Positions 1-13,757 of a stretch of 64,000 nucleotides of DNA are shown piece by piece (position 1 is the stretch's first letter; each line of letters opens with the position of its first letter). Origin of the DNA: Trichoplax adhaerens (lineage: Eukaryota; Animalia; Placozoa); the NCBI RefSeq assembly GCF_000150275.1, contig NW_002060943.1:3988008-4052007 (forward strand), given 5' to 3'. The position numbers and the translations under genes are program-made. Under the pieces are notes generated by a model that saw nothing but the letters and a program-made list of their open reading frames with translations, was not told where the DNA came from and did no database searches.

Positions 1-255
1 AGCCCCCCCCCAAAATTAACCATACCAATATTTGATACTACATTTACAACATAACTTCTACTCGACATTATTCATTCTATTCTACACCCATATTGACATC
101 CAAAGTAGTGGAGATAGAGGTGTATCTAGGTATAGAATAGCGATCGATAGATATATATGCTCTAGACAATTACCTATCTAATAACTTTGTGTACTCTTAA
201 TTCAACCATTGCATCCAATTCATTTCCAACCCCCCCAAAAAATAATAATAATATC

Positions 256-3200
256 ATGATGAATTGCGACGCCATCCAAAACGTCACCGAACGCCAAGAC
301 AACGAAATCAACAATCAAATAAGTCATGATAGGAGCTATGCTATGATTCAGCAAGCCAATGCTAATCCTAGTGCAGAAAATAACCATCAAGCCTCCGCCA
401 ATACTGATCCATCATCCTTCAAAGATGATGATGATCCATCTGTAGATGAATTGGAAGAAGGGGAAGTCATTTCATCGTGCGAATCGGATGGGGAATTGAA
501 AAACGAAACTCCGAACCAAGAAACGCCTGATCGTAACTACCAGGACAATGCTGCTACTTTTTTCTCTCCTTCACTACCTGCTCAAGGAGAGAACAATCAT
601 GACAGTAATTACAATACTGACCATCATTACCCTGATGTCAATAGAAGTCAGCGATTTTGTGCTTATCCTTCACTCAACGAAGATAAATTAAACCAATTGC
701 AAAACGATCAAAGTAGTAAACCGCCAACAAAGAAAAAACGCGAGAATCGCTTTAGTAAGAAAAAACCCTCCAAGAATGCCCGTCGAAATAAAGCAGCACG
801 ACAACGTGCTCGCACCGCTGCTGCTGCTACTGCGACTCCCACTGGCGCTGGTCGTGGTAGTTTTCATGCAAAAGCAAAGAATAAAAATAAGAAAGCACCA
901 CCACCACCAGTAGAATCCAATCATTTCCCTCCTGGACCTGACATGGTTCATGGTAAGAAAGGCAAACCATCACTGCAAGCATCATCTCTTCTTTCTCGAC
1001 CATTACATCCTAACCACGATTCTATGCCACGACCAGAAACGATCTATCGTCGAGGACCTATGGACGATGTCGAAAACCCTATCGACGACTACGCGTATAC
1101 AACTGGTGGCTATCTGGAAGCAATGCATCCCCCTGTAGACAAGGTAAAGTCGCCATTTTTCAATTCCAATCTTCCTTTCAATAAGCATGGCTATAATTAT
1201 CATTTTCCCCCAATCTTGTTGACGGTAGCGCACTTTCCCATGCATTGTACTACTACTGTACAGTACATATAACAGTGGGAATGATCATGTTCATCGTCAA
1301 TTCTTTGTAGTTTTCAACATTCATCAATGAATTCAAGAAATGCAATAGGCTACTCTACACAATCTATAGACTATATGATGGTATTTGAGCAACATCGAGT
1401 ATCCTTTCGTCTTGTCGACTGTTCGATAGATCTGTATGAAATGAACAACTAACTCATTAGCTTATAGGGAAGCCTTTTCTTCTCCGATACGTCCAATACA
1501 CTACAGTACTGTATACTAACGCCTTGTAGCCCATGGCAACCTACTGTATCAGCGAGGCAGTGATTTGACATGGCTACTGTAGCTACCATGATGGCAGCAC
1601 TTCGTCCTACAGCGCTTTTTATGATGAGGATGATGATTGATAAACATAAAGTGTGCCTATTTTTAAACTCCAGTTCCGCAAAAATTCCATTCCACTCTCA
1701 TAAAATAGTGACAAATTGATTAACGACAATATTAACTTGTAAATATGCATATAGATAGAATAGAAGTGAACATGACCTACTGGTAATTCATTCGATTGTA
1801 TATCATAAAGATAGTTAAAGAGTGGTTACAATTAGTTGATATACATACAAGTGCTACGCTAGAACGTTAAAACTTGACCAATTCATAGGTTGCAATGATC
1901 GGAGAGTAATGTCACTTTTTATCTTATCCCATAATGGACGCTTCATATGGAGCCATATGAGCACCAATTGATGTATAACCACAGTCAAGATACTGTACTT
2001 TGGATGAATACTATAGTACTGGCCATTTCTATGCTTTGAAATAAAAGCGGATAAGATATACAATCAAAGTAATGCTCTACTTAACAAAATCATCGAATAA
2101 TTAATTGCTTTATATCTTTTGAAACAGTTTGGAAGAAATTTACCCGCGCCATCCAATATGCCTCCAAGATTTCACGGATTTGATATGGGGCCTGTAATAA
2201 ATGATAATCAAATTGATCTCAGAAATCAACTTGGCGATCATAATCCTCCGTTACCTCCACCACCACCACCTTTTTCGACATTAAAGCAACCGCCTATACT
2301 AGGACAAAGCGTAGATGATAATAATTTCAATGTATGTCCAATGACTATCGACTTGTTTTGCTATTACTGCCGTCTTCTGTTTATTATTGAATATTTACTA
2401 TCTACGTCTACGTATAGGCTTATGCAGTCTTGATCTGTACTGTTATAATTTTACACTTGGATAAAAAAATTTCATTTCATTGCGCCCGATTTTGACTACT
2501 ATAAGTTACGCATGGATCAATCCAATTGCTAAGATTGCGTCATGATCGACCTATTAGTTCGTTCACATATTTTGTGAATAGAAATGTTGCAGGCTGGAGA
2601 CCACCAGTTGTTGCTGCAGATTAAATTTATATTGTACTATAACTTCCTACTCTGCTTTTCCTTGAAACTTTATAGGAAATTGAAATACAACAATCTCGCA
2701 AGAGACAAGCTGAACATGAAGTCAAACCACGTTTCCAAAAGAGACATAAAGATAATAAAATGAAGCCAATACCTAAAGTTGTATGTAAATATTTTCAAGA
2801 AGGGCGTTGTTCTAAGGTGATGCATCCGATTTTAATGCAATGTATTCCTAAAGGGCTACAAGTTTCAATTGCATGGCCTAGAGACATCGTCTACCGCACA
2901 GTAATGTGATATCTATTTTTCTTCTTGCAACAGGGCGATGAGTGTACGTTCGCTCATGATGGAATACCTTCCATTAAGAAGAGGCAAGAACTCTGCAAGT
3001 ATTACGTCAGCGACAGCTGTAGTAAAGGTTCAAGCTGCCCCTTTATGCATGATATCCTTTTATTTTTACATGTACACGTACATCTTAACCATAATTTACC
3101 TGTACTTACATTATTCCTTCTATCTCGTGTTGTAATAGAGAATAAAACTCAATTTTTAAACGTAAACTCTCCATAATTGGCAACTAGATCAAGTGTTTGC

Positions 3201-5428
3201 CTTAACTTCTTCATACAGAATTTTCCCTGTAAATTTTTTCATACTAACTCGACATGTTATTCCGGTGATAAATGCAAATTCTCTCACGCTGAACTAAACG
3301 ATGAAGGACATCAGTTACTGTCACAGGTATAACCTATACGTTCATCTAGCATGCTAGCGCAACTTGTGATTCAAAACTTTATTACTCCTTTTAATGATTA
3401 CAATTATTCACCTTCTGTCCTCTAGTTTCTTAAATCAAGCAGAGAATCTGATGAACCCATAGATCCTATAGGGCCTGATGATCGTAGCAATGATGGCGTC
3501 ATCGCTGCTCCGAAAATTTTTAATTCTCTAAATGATTCATCTTATCAAGTGCCATCAATAAGAACCAATGAATCGGAAAAACTATCTCAAAATTTCCCAG
3601 ATCGAGCGTTGCCTGAAAGAATTAGTAACATTCAACTTCCTTATGGAAATCGTATGGACGATATGGAACACAAAGATAACACATCCAGACCTATCAAAAA
3701 TGAAAGTCAACCTGCAAGAAGTACTAGTACTGTTCGAGATCCCAGATTAAGACATCTACAAAATGCGGGTAGTGATCTTACTAATAAAACTAGATCTGTA
3801 AACATGGAAGATAAGATGGAAAATCGAAATGAAATAAGAGATAGACCAGGACTTACTGACGAACGTAGGCTTGAACGATCGTCAAATTTGCACGCAACTA
3901 CAAAGCAAGCGATACCCATTCGGGATCCTAGGCAACAGTTAGTAGTTTGGAAAAAAATTATTAAATAAAAGTCATATTGTAACGGCAACTTTATACATAT
4001 AGTATCACTAAGAATTCAATTTCTATTGTTATATCTTTTAGGCACCCTGGAAGTAGAATACGATCGAAAGAGGATCTTCATGGTCGTCCTCAAGCCATAA
4101 AGGAAAGCCATTTACTGCCAGAGCAAAAATCAACGTCGCGTGTTCTTGCAAGTCAGCAACAGTCGGAATCATGGGATGATCTTGGAAGGAGAAAGAGAGC
4201 GGTTGAAGGCAATAACCAACCTCGTACTGGTTACCGATCAGCACCTAATGAAGATAAAAATTTTGGTCCATCTAGCTTGCATCGCTCTGAACAAGAATAT
4301 GCTTCATTTCAGAGACAAAGAGCTCGAACTGGTGGCGCTAATAATCAAGTACTACCTGATGACGAAGAATCCTACGGAAATTCAAGATCAAATCCAGTAG
4401 ATAAATCGACACGCCAAGGAAAACAGGCTCCAACATCTAGTGAAGTATTTCAAGATATGAGAGGTTTAGGCCACCCTGGTCCTGATTATCCGTCACAGCG
4501 ATCACATGATAACATTGCTCGAGAACCGTTACGTAAAGGTAGTGGATTTACACCAATGTCACATCCAGTATATGAGGAACAATATATGAAACCGCCCGCT
4601 GGAAGATCAGTTGGAGAGTTGTCAAGAGCTCCGAGACCTCGTATACCAGAAGATCCTAGAAACGTAAGACCTGGATTTCAAGCGCACGGTACTAATCCCG
4701 AATCATCATTACCTTCGGAGGACAGCTATAATGATCATCAGCATAAAATACCTGACAACATGGCTTTAAAACAACGATATAGAAAAAATGATCCTGCGAA
4801 TATGAAAAATCAAGCACATACTCAGCAATATTTGGAAGAACATAAATATGGCGATAATAGTAGCGTTGAAGCTAAGCCAAGATCACAGCAATTCGATCCA
4901 CGAAAAGATGATAGACAATTGAAAGAACCTACTGCACCAGCTAGGCGTGTAGCTGCTGGTACAACTCGACCGAAAGATCCAAGATTAGCGAGGTTGGAAA
5001 ATGTCGATTCTGCGCATGCAAATCCTGCAACAGCTGAGAGATTTCCGAAAGATCCACGGATAGGAGCACTAAAAGATTTTGGTGCCCGTCGTCAGCCAAC
5101 TACTGAAGCTTCTATTATTAAAGACCCAAGACTGCAGTACTATGATTCTCCAGGAGATACTGACTCCCATAATAAACCTGTAAACACAAATACGTTACCT
5201 AAAAATAAAACTTCAAGTAAAGATATAGAACAACCTTGGGACACTGGAAAAAACACTGGGTATGAGCGGGTAACCGATAGTAAAGCTGATGTGTCGAAGG
5301 AAGCGGCTGAATCTGCAGAATTAGCTCTCAAGTCCAGTGCATTATCAACAAGACATAAATTAAATCCGGGCAGTACTATCTCTGACCAATTTCGTATACT
5401 AGACCCGAGAGCCTCTAGTTTTGTTTAG
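256..5428 (+). CDS. CCCH zinc-finger protein, ZC3H4/ZC3H6/Su(s) family (Restrictor-like), 7 exons
   Basis: Exons ~256-1143, 2128-2331, 2677-2816, 2934-3051, 3217-3327, 3426-3937, 4042-5428 splice in frame. Three tandem CCCH fingers (VCKYFQEGRCSKGDECTFAH; LCKYYVSDSCSKGSSCPFMH; FPCKFFHTNSTCYSGDKCKFSH), many DPR motifs, and a C-terminus FRILDPRASSFV like ZC3H4/6 F..FDPTASPF. Paralog assignment uncertain. Confidence 0.88.
3052..3216 (+). other. U12-type (minor spliceosome) AT-AC intron
   Basis: 5' ATATCCTTT, branch point CCTTAAC at 3200-3206, 3' CATAC. Removal restores FMH-E-NFPCK in frame; using the adjacent AG would frameshift. Confidence 0.93.
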
Positions 5429-6277
5429 ATCTTCATATGGTTTCTATTCAGCGATATTTTCTATGTAGTCATTTTTTCAGTGCTATATAATCTATCTGAA
5501 TATTTGTGTATTGCGAAAGGCTTATTTAAAATATTATCATTTGCACGTTAGTATAGCTATATATTATAACCTAATTTGTAAGATGTTTCTAAAAGTAGTT
5601 GTTTTACCACCAGAGAATTCAACTACGCGTTGACTAGTCTGTAAAAATGTGTTAAAATATATCAATTTGAAAATTGGATTTAATCTGGACTTTATGCATG
5701 ATCGAATTATTTTATATATCAGGGATACATTATTAACACGTTTCAATTATGACAATCACGATCGCCAATAAACTAAATTGTACAGTAGAAGGTGATAAAA
5801 ATAAATAAATTGTACGCTCCCTACCTGCAAAGCAAATTTATTGTCGCTATCACATTATAAATTTTATTTTATTCTTTACAATAGGTATGAAGGTAACATA
5901 ATTTGTCAATCAACAAATTTTCTCTACTATTAAATAAATTAATGAAAAGTTCTAACTTGGTACTGCAGTTTGTTTAATGTATATGGAATATTATTCAATG
6001 ATTTTTTTCGTGATAATAGAATAATACACACAGATGCCATTATATTACAAGTTTTATTATTTGCTATATAGGAAATAATAAAATTCGTTAACAAATCATC
6101 TCTACCGTTAAATAAAATGATGGAAAGTTTTAAAATTTTTATATTGTAGTCTGTTGTGTATAGAGAATATTATTTGTTTATTTGTAATAACAGAGTAAAT
6201 GATTGAACGAGATAACATTTATACAAATCGGAAAGCAGCTTTGTCCTCATTCATACTGACAATAATTATTCAGGCAG

Positions 6278-9200
6278 TTAATGCAGCGTTTTGATGCTGT
6301 TAATTGCCGTTGATCTTTGCTTGGTATTTTGGAACAAAGCACGGATTAAGGAATGCACTTCTGGCGCAGTAAATGCAGCGGACAATGTGCTCTACAATTT
6401 TAAAAGTAAATCACATAACGGGGTGTTGAAACTTGTAAGTCTGTCAGCGATTATTATATTTTTTAATCAGTATAAACGATAATTGGAGCTACAACGTACT
6501 AACGCGATATTTAAACTACATAGTGAGATAGTGTCCTTATATACCTGTGGAGTATTCCATCTCTCAACAATTCCTTTAAGATTAAATGCCAATATTAGAG
6601 CTAGCTCCGATAGTTTGTTCCAACCAGATACATGGTTTGATATTTCCTGGTCCTAATAAAGTGATTAAATGTCAATTTCACTATATTTCATCCAATTGAA
6701 GTGTTAAATTTGCATCAACTTACCAAGTTGTCGTCATTCTTGATAATACCACTGTATAATTCCAATATCTTACTTTTAGTGAGTTCTAATAAGTCATGAA
6801 TCAGATGTCCATCGTCTTCAGAGATATCCTACGTAGGGAAAAATTATCCATTTATGAACTTAAAGAACGAAGTAAGCATGATGGCAACAGTGGTAAATAG
6901 AAATCAATGTAGAAATAATACTTCAAACCTCAATTTGGACAATTTTATTTACGACATCGACAATTAGTGTATTCGTCAAGTCCTCAATCAATTTCATGCA
7001 TAACTTTATCGGCAAGACGTCGAACCAGACTCTACTTAAATGATTTAACTGGTGAAAAGCCTGCTCTAGATGTTGCGAAATATCATTAGATCGATTATTT
7101 TCAGCTATTTCATTCCAGCTGGCAGTGGAATTGAGGCAGTTCTTGATAATCTGCTCTTGACGTTGCTGCAAAAGTCATTAAATTGTAGAATACATACGGC
7201 GAAGAAAGACGCTAAACTGAAAGATACCTACTTACCAACTGCTGTGAAAGACATTGCTGACCACTACTGCGAAGGAATGGTACAATGTCAACAAATGTAG
7301 CAGCTCCATTCGATAATGGAGGCGGCAAATGATCACGAAATTCAGCACCAAGTGTTAAAAGGTGATGACTAACATACATGCAGTTATTATAATGCAAAGC
7401 TGATAACTGTGGAATAGTTTCCTGATAATGAAAATAAAAATAAGGAAAAAATTTTTTACCAACAATTAATATTTTTAGACGAGAATTACTACTGTAATAT
7501 AGCAACTTACTAAATTCATCTTATGATATGCGGGGGTTACTTCAAGATATAAATCGAACATATTGCGTGTTGCATAAAACAGTTGTATAGCGCTAAAAAG
7601 CAGTAACATATCCAACTGATAATTAATCTTAACTGAAGCAACATAAAGACATATAATAAGAGAAAGTAATGAAATTTTACCAGTCCGGAGTAGATTTTAC
7701 AGCCTCTTGTAAGGTTTCATACGCGAGCGACATCAATTCGCAAATATTGGTGCTTACTCTGCATTGAGGAAAAAGAAATAGGGACATTTCTAATGTTTTC
7801 GGGTTCTCTGTAGCAGCGTTTTCGTCAATTTGATGTAATTCCTGAAAGATTATAAATTTGTATCAGCAATTTTATTTTATCATGGCGAAGATTTCAATTA
7901 GTGATCAGGTAGTAAAATTTGAGCGCTTTCAACCTTCAAAGCCGAATCATCCGGTTGGCTCCATTCATCTAATTTGAAAAATGAAGCAATCTGTTTTATT
8001 ATTTACGTATGATATAATAATTTAAAGTCAATTATTACTTTGACTTGATAGACAGTTCCTAATTTCTACGGTATAATTACCGAATAAAGCTTTATCAGGG
8101 GATATTTGTGTTTGCTGAGTATTATATAAATCACTCTTAAGTAAATCTCGAGCTGTGACCAACAGATCTTGCACCTGATAATTTATTCCGAAATATTTAA
8201 TTTAGCTGATAAAATATCAGAAGGATATTAAAAGTTCCTGATGTGATCTAACCTGTTTATTAGCGAAATTCATGTTTACGTGTTTTGTATAGTCAGTTAA
8301 CGTATCAATAGTTTCTTCCAAATATCCTATGAATAATTGTTTAATAAGTATCCACTACCTCTAAGATTTTATAAAAATTTTAATCTCGGTAATATACTAT
8401 CAATCCTACTCTTACCCAATCCTTTGAGAGTATATTCAAATAGAGTTGTTTGATTAGAAATTTCCGCATAGTTTTCCAACTAGAAAATGATATTCAATAA
8501 TTTTTAAAGGATTGATACACAATACATAATTTAGAAGTGTGGATTTAATTCATGATGCTGCAAGTCAAATAGTATGAAAAAGTATTAAGAATAAAGCACC
8601 TCGGAAAAAGATGTTGGTATTGAAGCTGCTAAATATTCCTCTATAATAGATTTGGATAACGTTGGCCAAATGATAAGACCTAACAAATCCATAAGCAAAT
8701 TAGTAGGAGTTAATTATGTTTTACAAAAATAAATTTCTAATCTAATATTTTTCTTACCCAATATCGAAAGTAAAGGTTTTGACACTTTCGTATCATCTTT
8801 ATCTTCTTCTGTGTTGACTGTCACTTTAATGCGATCAAACACTTGGTCATGCAAGAAGACTAATACCTCTACCAGCCTGTTATAATAGTTATCTTATTTT
8901 GCAAGATGACAAAAAAAGTTTTGTAAAATTCAACACACAAAATATCGTAAAATTGTAAAGTTATGTCATTATTTAATAGAAAGAAATACCTGGAGAAATG
9001 GATTTTTCACTTTGTTTTCTTTTCATAGATAAGCTAACTACGAAGTGCAGTTTGGTTTCCTTAGAGTAATATATAGACATCAAGTATGAAATGTGTAATC
9101 CTATGCTATTTAGTTATTCAATGTTAGTTATGAAATTTTTAGAGCCTATGTGTTTGTGATACCGTTTTGGATTTTTCTTGTGCAGGCTTGACGCTAGCGA

Positions 9201-11441
9201 ATTGAGGTATAACAGAATGGATACAATGAATAGTAGCAAAAGTTACAAAAATTTTGTAAAGATATTTTACCTAGATTCAGCGATTAACGGCTTTAGAACA
9301 TAACGTAGCAACTTCTTGGCTAGAATCCAAAATAAACGTTAGAAATACGAGTAGGTACAGGAGAATAAGATATACTATAGTTTTAAAGTAGCATTATATA
9401 TCAGAATAATTAGTACCGAAAGTATTTAATTTCGGACGCAACATGCCAAGAATCTAGTAAAAATATTAGTATAAATGTTATCAACAGCATAACTACATGC
9501 TTTCAATCAGTTATAACTGAAAATATTGGCTACTGGCAATTATTGAACAATCATTTCATTGTACCTCCATAGCAGTTACCACCGGTTGAATTTTATTTTC
9601 ACTATCATCACCCTCTAACAACAATAACAGCATTGAGTGTTTTATAGAATATGATAGTCATATTCTGATTACTACTGTGTGAAAAATAGTCCGAATTCAT
9701 TATTTTACAGTGACTTTTTATTGGTAGCACTTTACAATCGCTTAGAAGGCAAAAACTAGCTAACTACCTTACCTTGTATTAAATCAGCACAAACTTTTAT
9801 TTCTGTTCCTAAAAGAATTTTCTCAGGCGTACTTAACGAAATCTGAGGTAAGGCCCATGAAATGCTCTTATCCCACTCTGATTCTAGTATTGACTGTAAG
9901 TTTGCCCTTTTCCTTCTAGCTTCTTGCTACAATGGAAATTGGATCTTAATACTTAAGTGATAAAGTTGAGTTTAATGTAAACGTATATAAAATTATAGCA
10001 GCCAAGTCGTTCGCTTCAAGGTACTGTGAATGTATACTGGGAAAAGTTGAATAATGCAATCTACACAGTTTACCTACCCTTAAAGCTTTAAAAATTTTAG
10101 CATCGCAATTTCCGTATACTTCGCTCAACATGTGTTGCTAAAATTTATTAAATCAATTATTAGAGCAAATATATTAAGGAAGCCTTACAATGGATTTTGG
10201 GATTAGAGTGTAATCTTGATAGCACAGGTAAATGCAACTAATCGTGCTATTGTTGGATGATTGTCTAAATAAGTTGAAATCAACTTACAGCTTCAACAAT
10301 ACAATTGGCAGCTAGATCAAATTCTTTATGATCCAAGCGTAAGGAAAAGCTTGATAAAAGTTCATTTATCTAGCAGGTAAGACATGAACGATTTTTATAA
10401 TAGTACAATTGATAGGGGAATATTCTCGTTATTCTTGTTTCTATAATCTTGGATATTGCCTTTTCCTTACCTGACTTAAGCGTGTTAATGCTTCAACAAT
10501 GACAGTTACCATTTTCAAGTTGTCTTGCACTGATATTTGCTCATTCTTTGCAGTTTTCAACAAGGGTTTAATATCACCCTAAGAAGGATAACAAGAAGAG
10601 TGAAAATAATGCGATAATATCTATAGCAAAAGCTGATGGTTGTTGTCGAGGTTCGTTAGCTGGAATTAATTTTGGCAAGTAGACTAGCCTTGAATTAGTG
10701 AAAATAGAGACAGCAGGGAATACGGGTACTATAGGTAATTGGCTGATTTTGCCTAGACTGACACAGTTAGGATAATGGCTAGGGTAAAACGTTGAAATGG
10801 GGTGAAAGGAATTGCGTTTACTTGAATGCAAGTGTACAGTAGAATTCTGAAATGTAGATATAGTGTATTTAACGGCTACTATGGATTAATTGCATCATAA
10901 GTAGGGTTTGTAATATTTGATCAATCTAGCTTATTGATGATTGAAGTAAGTATTGAAGAAACGTCAATATTGTAGACTATCAACATCAGTAGATCTTGGT
11001 ATTGAGTAACTAGTATAACCCTGAGTCAATGACAAGACACTACAATTGGGTAACTTGTTGTCGTATACTGATACAATGTATCCCGAGTAGAGGAGGTTAG
11101 AGGTCCTTACCTGCATCTTCTTACTGACATTGCGTAACTTAACATCCATTTCTTTAACTTTAAGATGCAATTCATTCATAGTGTTGTAGGTATGGATAAA
11201 TTCATCATACTGCTTCATGATGGTACTGTAAATATGGCCCTAAGATATTGAAATAGTTATGATGATATATCATCAAGGTTTCAATCTTTGTCATTTCATA
11301 CCGCCAAACTGATACATCATGACAGTTTGAATTGTATTAAATCACCTTTAACTCATTAGCACTACGCCATAATGACGATAAGATTTCATCAGCGTCCTCT
11401 CCTTTATCAACATTTTGCTTCTTCGTGTCAGGAGTCTCCAT
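6278..11441 (-). CDS. ZW10: Centromere/kinetochore protein ZW10 (RZZ/NRZ complex), multi-exon
   Basis: Exons encode IPQLSALHYNNCMYVSHHLLTLG, FANKQVQDLLVTARDLL and C-terminal LIRALFQNT, all ZW10 signatures. ATG at 11441, stop at 6278-6280, GT-AG introns where checked. Confidence 0.9.
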
Positions 11442-12997
11442 GGCAGCTGGAAGGTAGAACTAGTTGCTGGAAGTGGTCCGTTCCGATCCCACTGTATACC
11501 AAATTACCAATACGATGGTAGTATGGTAGTATAGGGTATAATGGGAGAGATTGAATGTTGCCTTAGCGTTGGATTCAGCCATAAATCAGTATAGCGCTGA
11601 CCACCGTTAGTAGAGCTTTCGAAATCGTATCAAGGGGTACTTACACCTGAACAGAATCTGTCTTTCTGTCCGTATAGCGAACACCTACTGTAACCCTTAC
11701 CCTAACCTTGCCCATGTTAGGGTTAGAGCAGTTGTGGACGGTGAATTTTTCCACATTTTGCTACAAGCAAATGTATCAAAATTGGGGGGTTTTCGGCAAT
11801 AAATTTTAAATTTTATAGCGAACGAAAGAGAATGAGTTCATTTACAAGGATCCGCCGTCAAAATGTCTGTACTGTAGACTGATCCTAGAAGTCTTTTCTA
11901 CTCCATGAGTTGGTTATTTTGCCAGTGCTATCTTGGGATATGGAGTTCAAATGTAACAGTATCGGGGGATGCCGACCAAAATCTTTCCTGAGCTTAGCTA
12001 CTGGAGAGATCTGGATCGTTCTACATGCAAGCAGTAACTAACGTTAGCAGATAGAAATATCTTATTTCTCGTGCAATCGATTTGATTTTATTACTTCGGT
12101 CAGAAGAAATCGCTCTGTCAATAACCTCTGTTGGATGTGCTTCGTCCTAGACTGCTGGTATTTTAGTAGCCCATGGCTATACAGTAAATTGTAGTATTGT
12201 GATGGTGGCGATTGAATGCATTTGGACTACTGCGATTTCTCGCTTCTGTCGCTAACGAAATGGACATTATCGCCTATAGAAATGTAGAAGACAATTTGAT
12301 ATCTCAGATTACTACTACCCGGGACTTTTAACTTTAAGGATCGATTTTTGTCCCAAAGTTGCTTTTGCTGTAATTTAGTACTCTATAGTTTATATATACA
12401 GTATTTAAAATGCGAACATAGCGCGCCAAAACGGTTCGGTCCAAATCTCTGTCTGTGGGTAGAGTAATAAGGACCGTATTGTGCAAAATGAGCTGTCAGC
12501 CATTAGAATATCCTTTTGGATGTTGTACTACACTCTACAGTATGTTGCAAGGATGACAAGAGAAGGTGAAGGGCATGACAATCGCTTTGCACACAACCGA
12601 ATCTAGCCTACAGGCTGCAATTAGCCAATTTAGAAGGTTTAAAAGTCTAGTTTTATTTTCATGGAAATAGGATCGAATTTTAAAAGTTTATGTGCAGCAT
12701 TGCCGATGATACGAGCATTATCGACGGTGAGTCCATAGTCTAGGTAGGCTAGAATGATGTTGTAGTTGCTGTAGAGTAGAACAACTACACCATCATTGTA
12801 TCCTACCTACACCTGTTTTAGACTACAAGTATCTGCTTGCAGCAATGTTGGACTGCAATGTTACTTGAATTAAAAATACACAAAATGCACTGGATGAAAA
12901 ATCAGGATCAAGTGCCTGAGATATCATCTCTTTCTTAGTTTTATTCCACTGCCAAGGACTGTACAGTATATCGTGGCAGGACTGCAATGTGTCCAAA

Positions 12998-13305
12998 TCG
13001 AAGAAGAGGTTCGAGACGTCTTGTCCTGATCGAAGAAGAGATTTAAGAGACGTCTTGTCCTGATAGAGAAGAGATTTAAGAGGCGTCTCATCAAATAATG
13101 ATAGAAGTCAGAGAGGTCTTGTCATGATCGAAGAGGTTCAAGAGACGTCTTATCAAATAATGATAGAGGTCAGAGAGGTCTTGTCATGATCGAAGAAGAG
13201 GTTAGAGATGCCTTGTCATGATAAAAGTAAAGGTCAGAGACGTCCTGTCATGATAGAAGAAGAGGTCAAAAACGTCTTGTCATGATGGAAGAAGAGGTCA
13301 GAGAG
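12998..13305. repeat. Degenerate minisatellite, ~10 copies of a 26-38 bp unit (GAAGAAGAGGTCAGAGACGTCTTGTCATGAT)
   Basis: Direct tandem repetition visible in the sequence, ~450 bp upstream of the ILVBL ATG. Confidence 0.9.
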
Positions 13306-13442
13306 AGACTGCTGGTAGCCTACACTACAACAGAGGTCAAGAGCGGAGACGGACTACGCTGACGGTAGCGATCCGATCCGGTCCGAGACGGACCACTCCG
13401 GTTTTCTTGATCGATCCTACAGTACACTGTACTGTACAGTAG

Positions 13443-13477
13443 GACATCCAGTAGGCAGGGTGACCCTACTGGATGTC
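13443..13477. repeat. Perfect 13-bp inverted repeat with 9-nt loop
   Basis: GACATCCAGTAGG (13443-13455) and CCTACTGGATGTC (13465-13477). Confidence 0.9.
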
Positions 13478-13757
13478 AGCGTCCAATGAGCCACGACTAC
13501 TGACTACTGAGTGACTAGGGTGTACGTACGCCGGCAGGGTTCACGAACCCTCTTGTAGGGGTGGTACAGTATGGATTTTTACAACCATACTGCCGTGTCA
13601 TAAACAGGAGACTGCCGTACTTGCTACTGACTAGTGGACTCAATACAATCATGCATCAGGCACGGGCCCGACCGACCGGGGGTGTGTTCAACTTGCCCTG
13701 GGCTTGCGGGCTGCATCACTTTGCCACGTCAAAAGCTAACCCTAAAGCACCATCGCC

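Noticed and set aside
688-1245. Antisense ORFs overlapping exons (also 3707-4244, 26567-26872, 45089-45404)
   Set aside because: Shadow ORFs of real coding exons with no independent protein signature.
1399-1408. U12-like donor GTATCCTTT in ZC3H4-like intron 1 (also at ~17071 and ~51201)
   Set aside because: No matching exon or branch-point pairing was found, and the surrounding introns splice correctly as GT-AG.
12546-12558. GCAAGGATGACA resembling part of U6 snRNA
   Set aside because: Only 12 nt match and the flanks are unrelated to U6.
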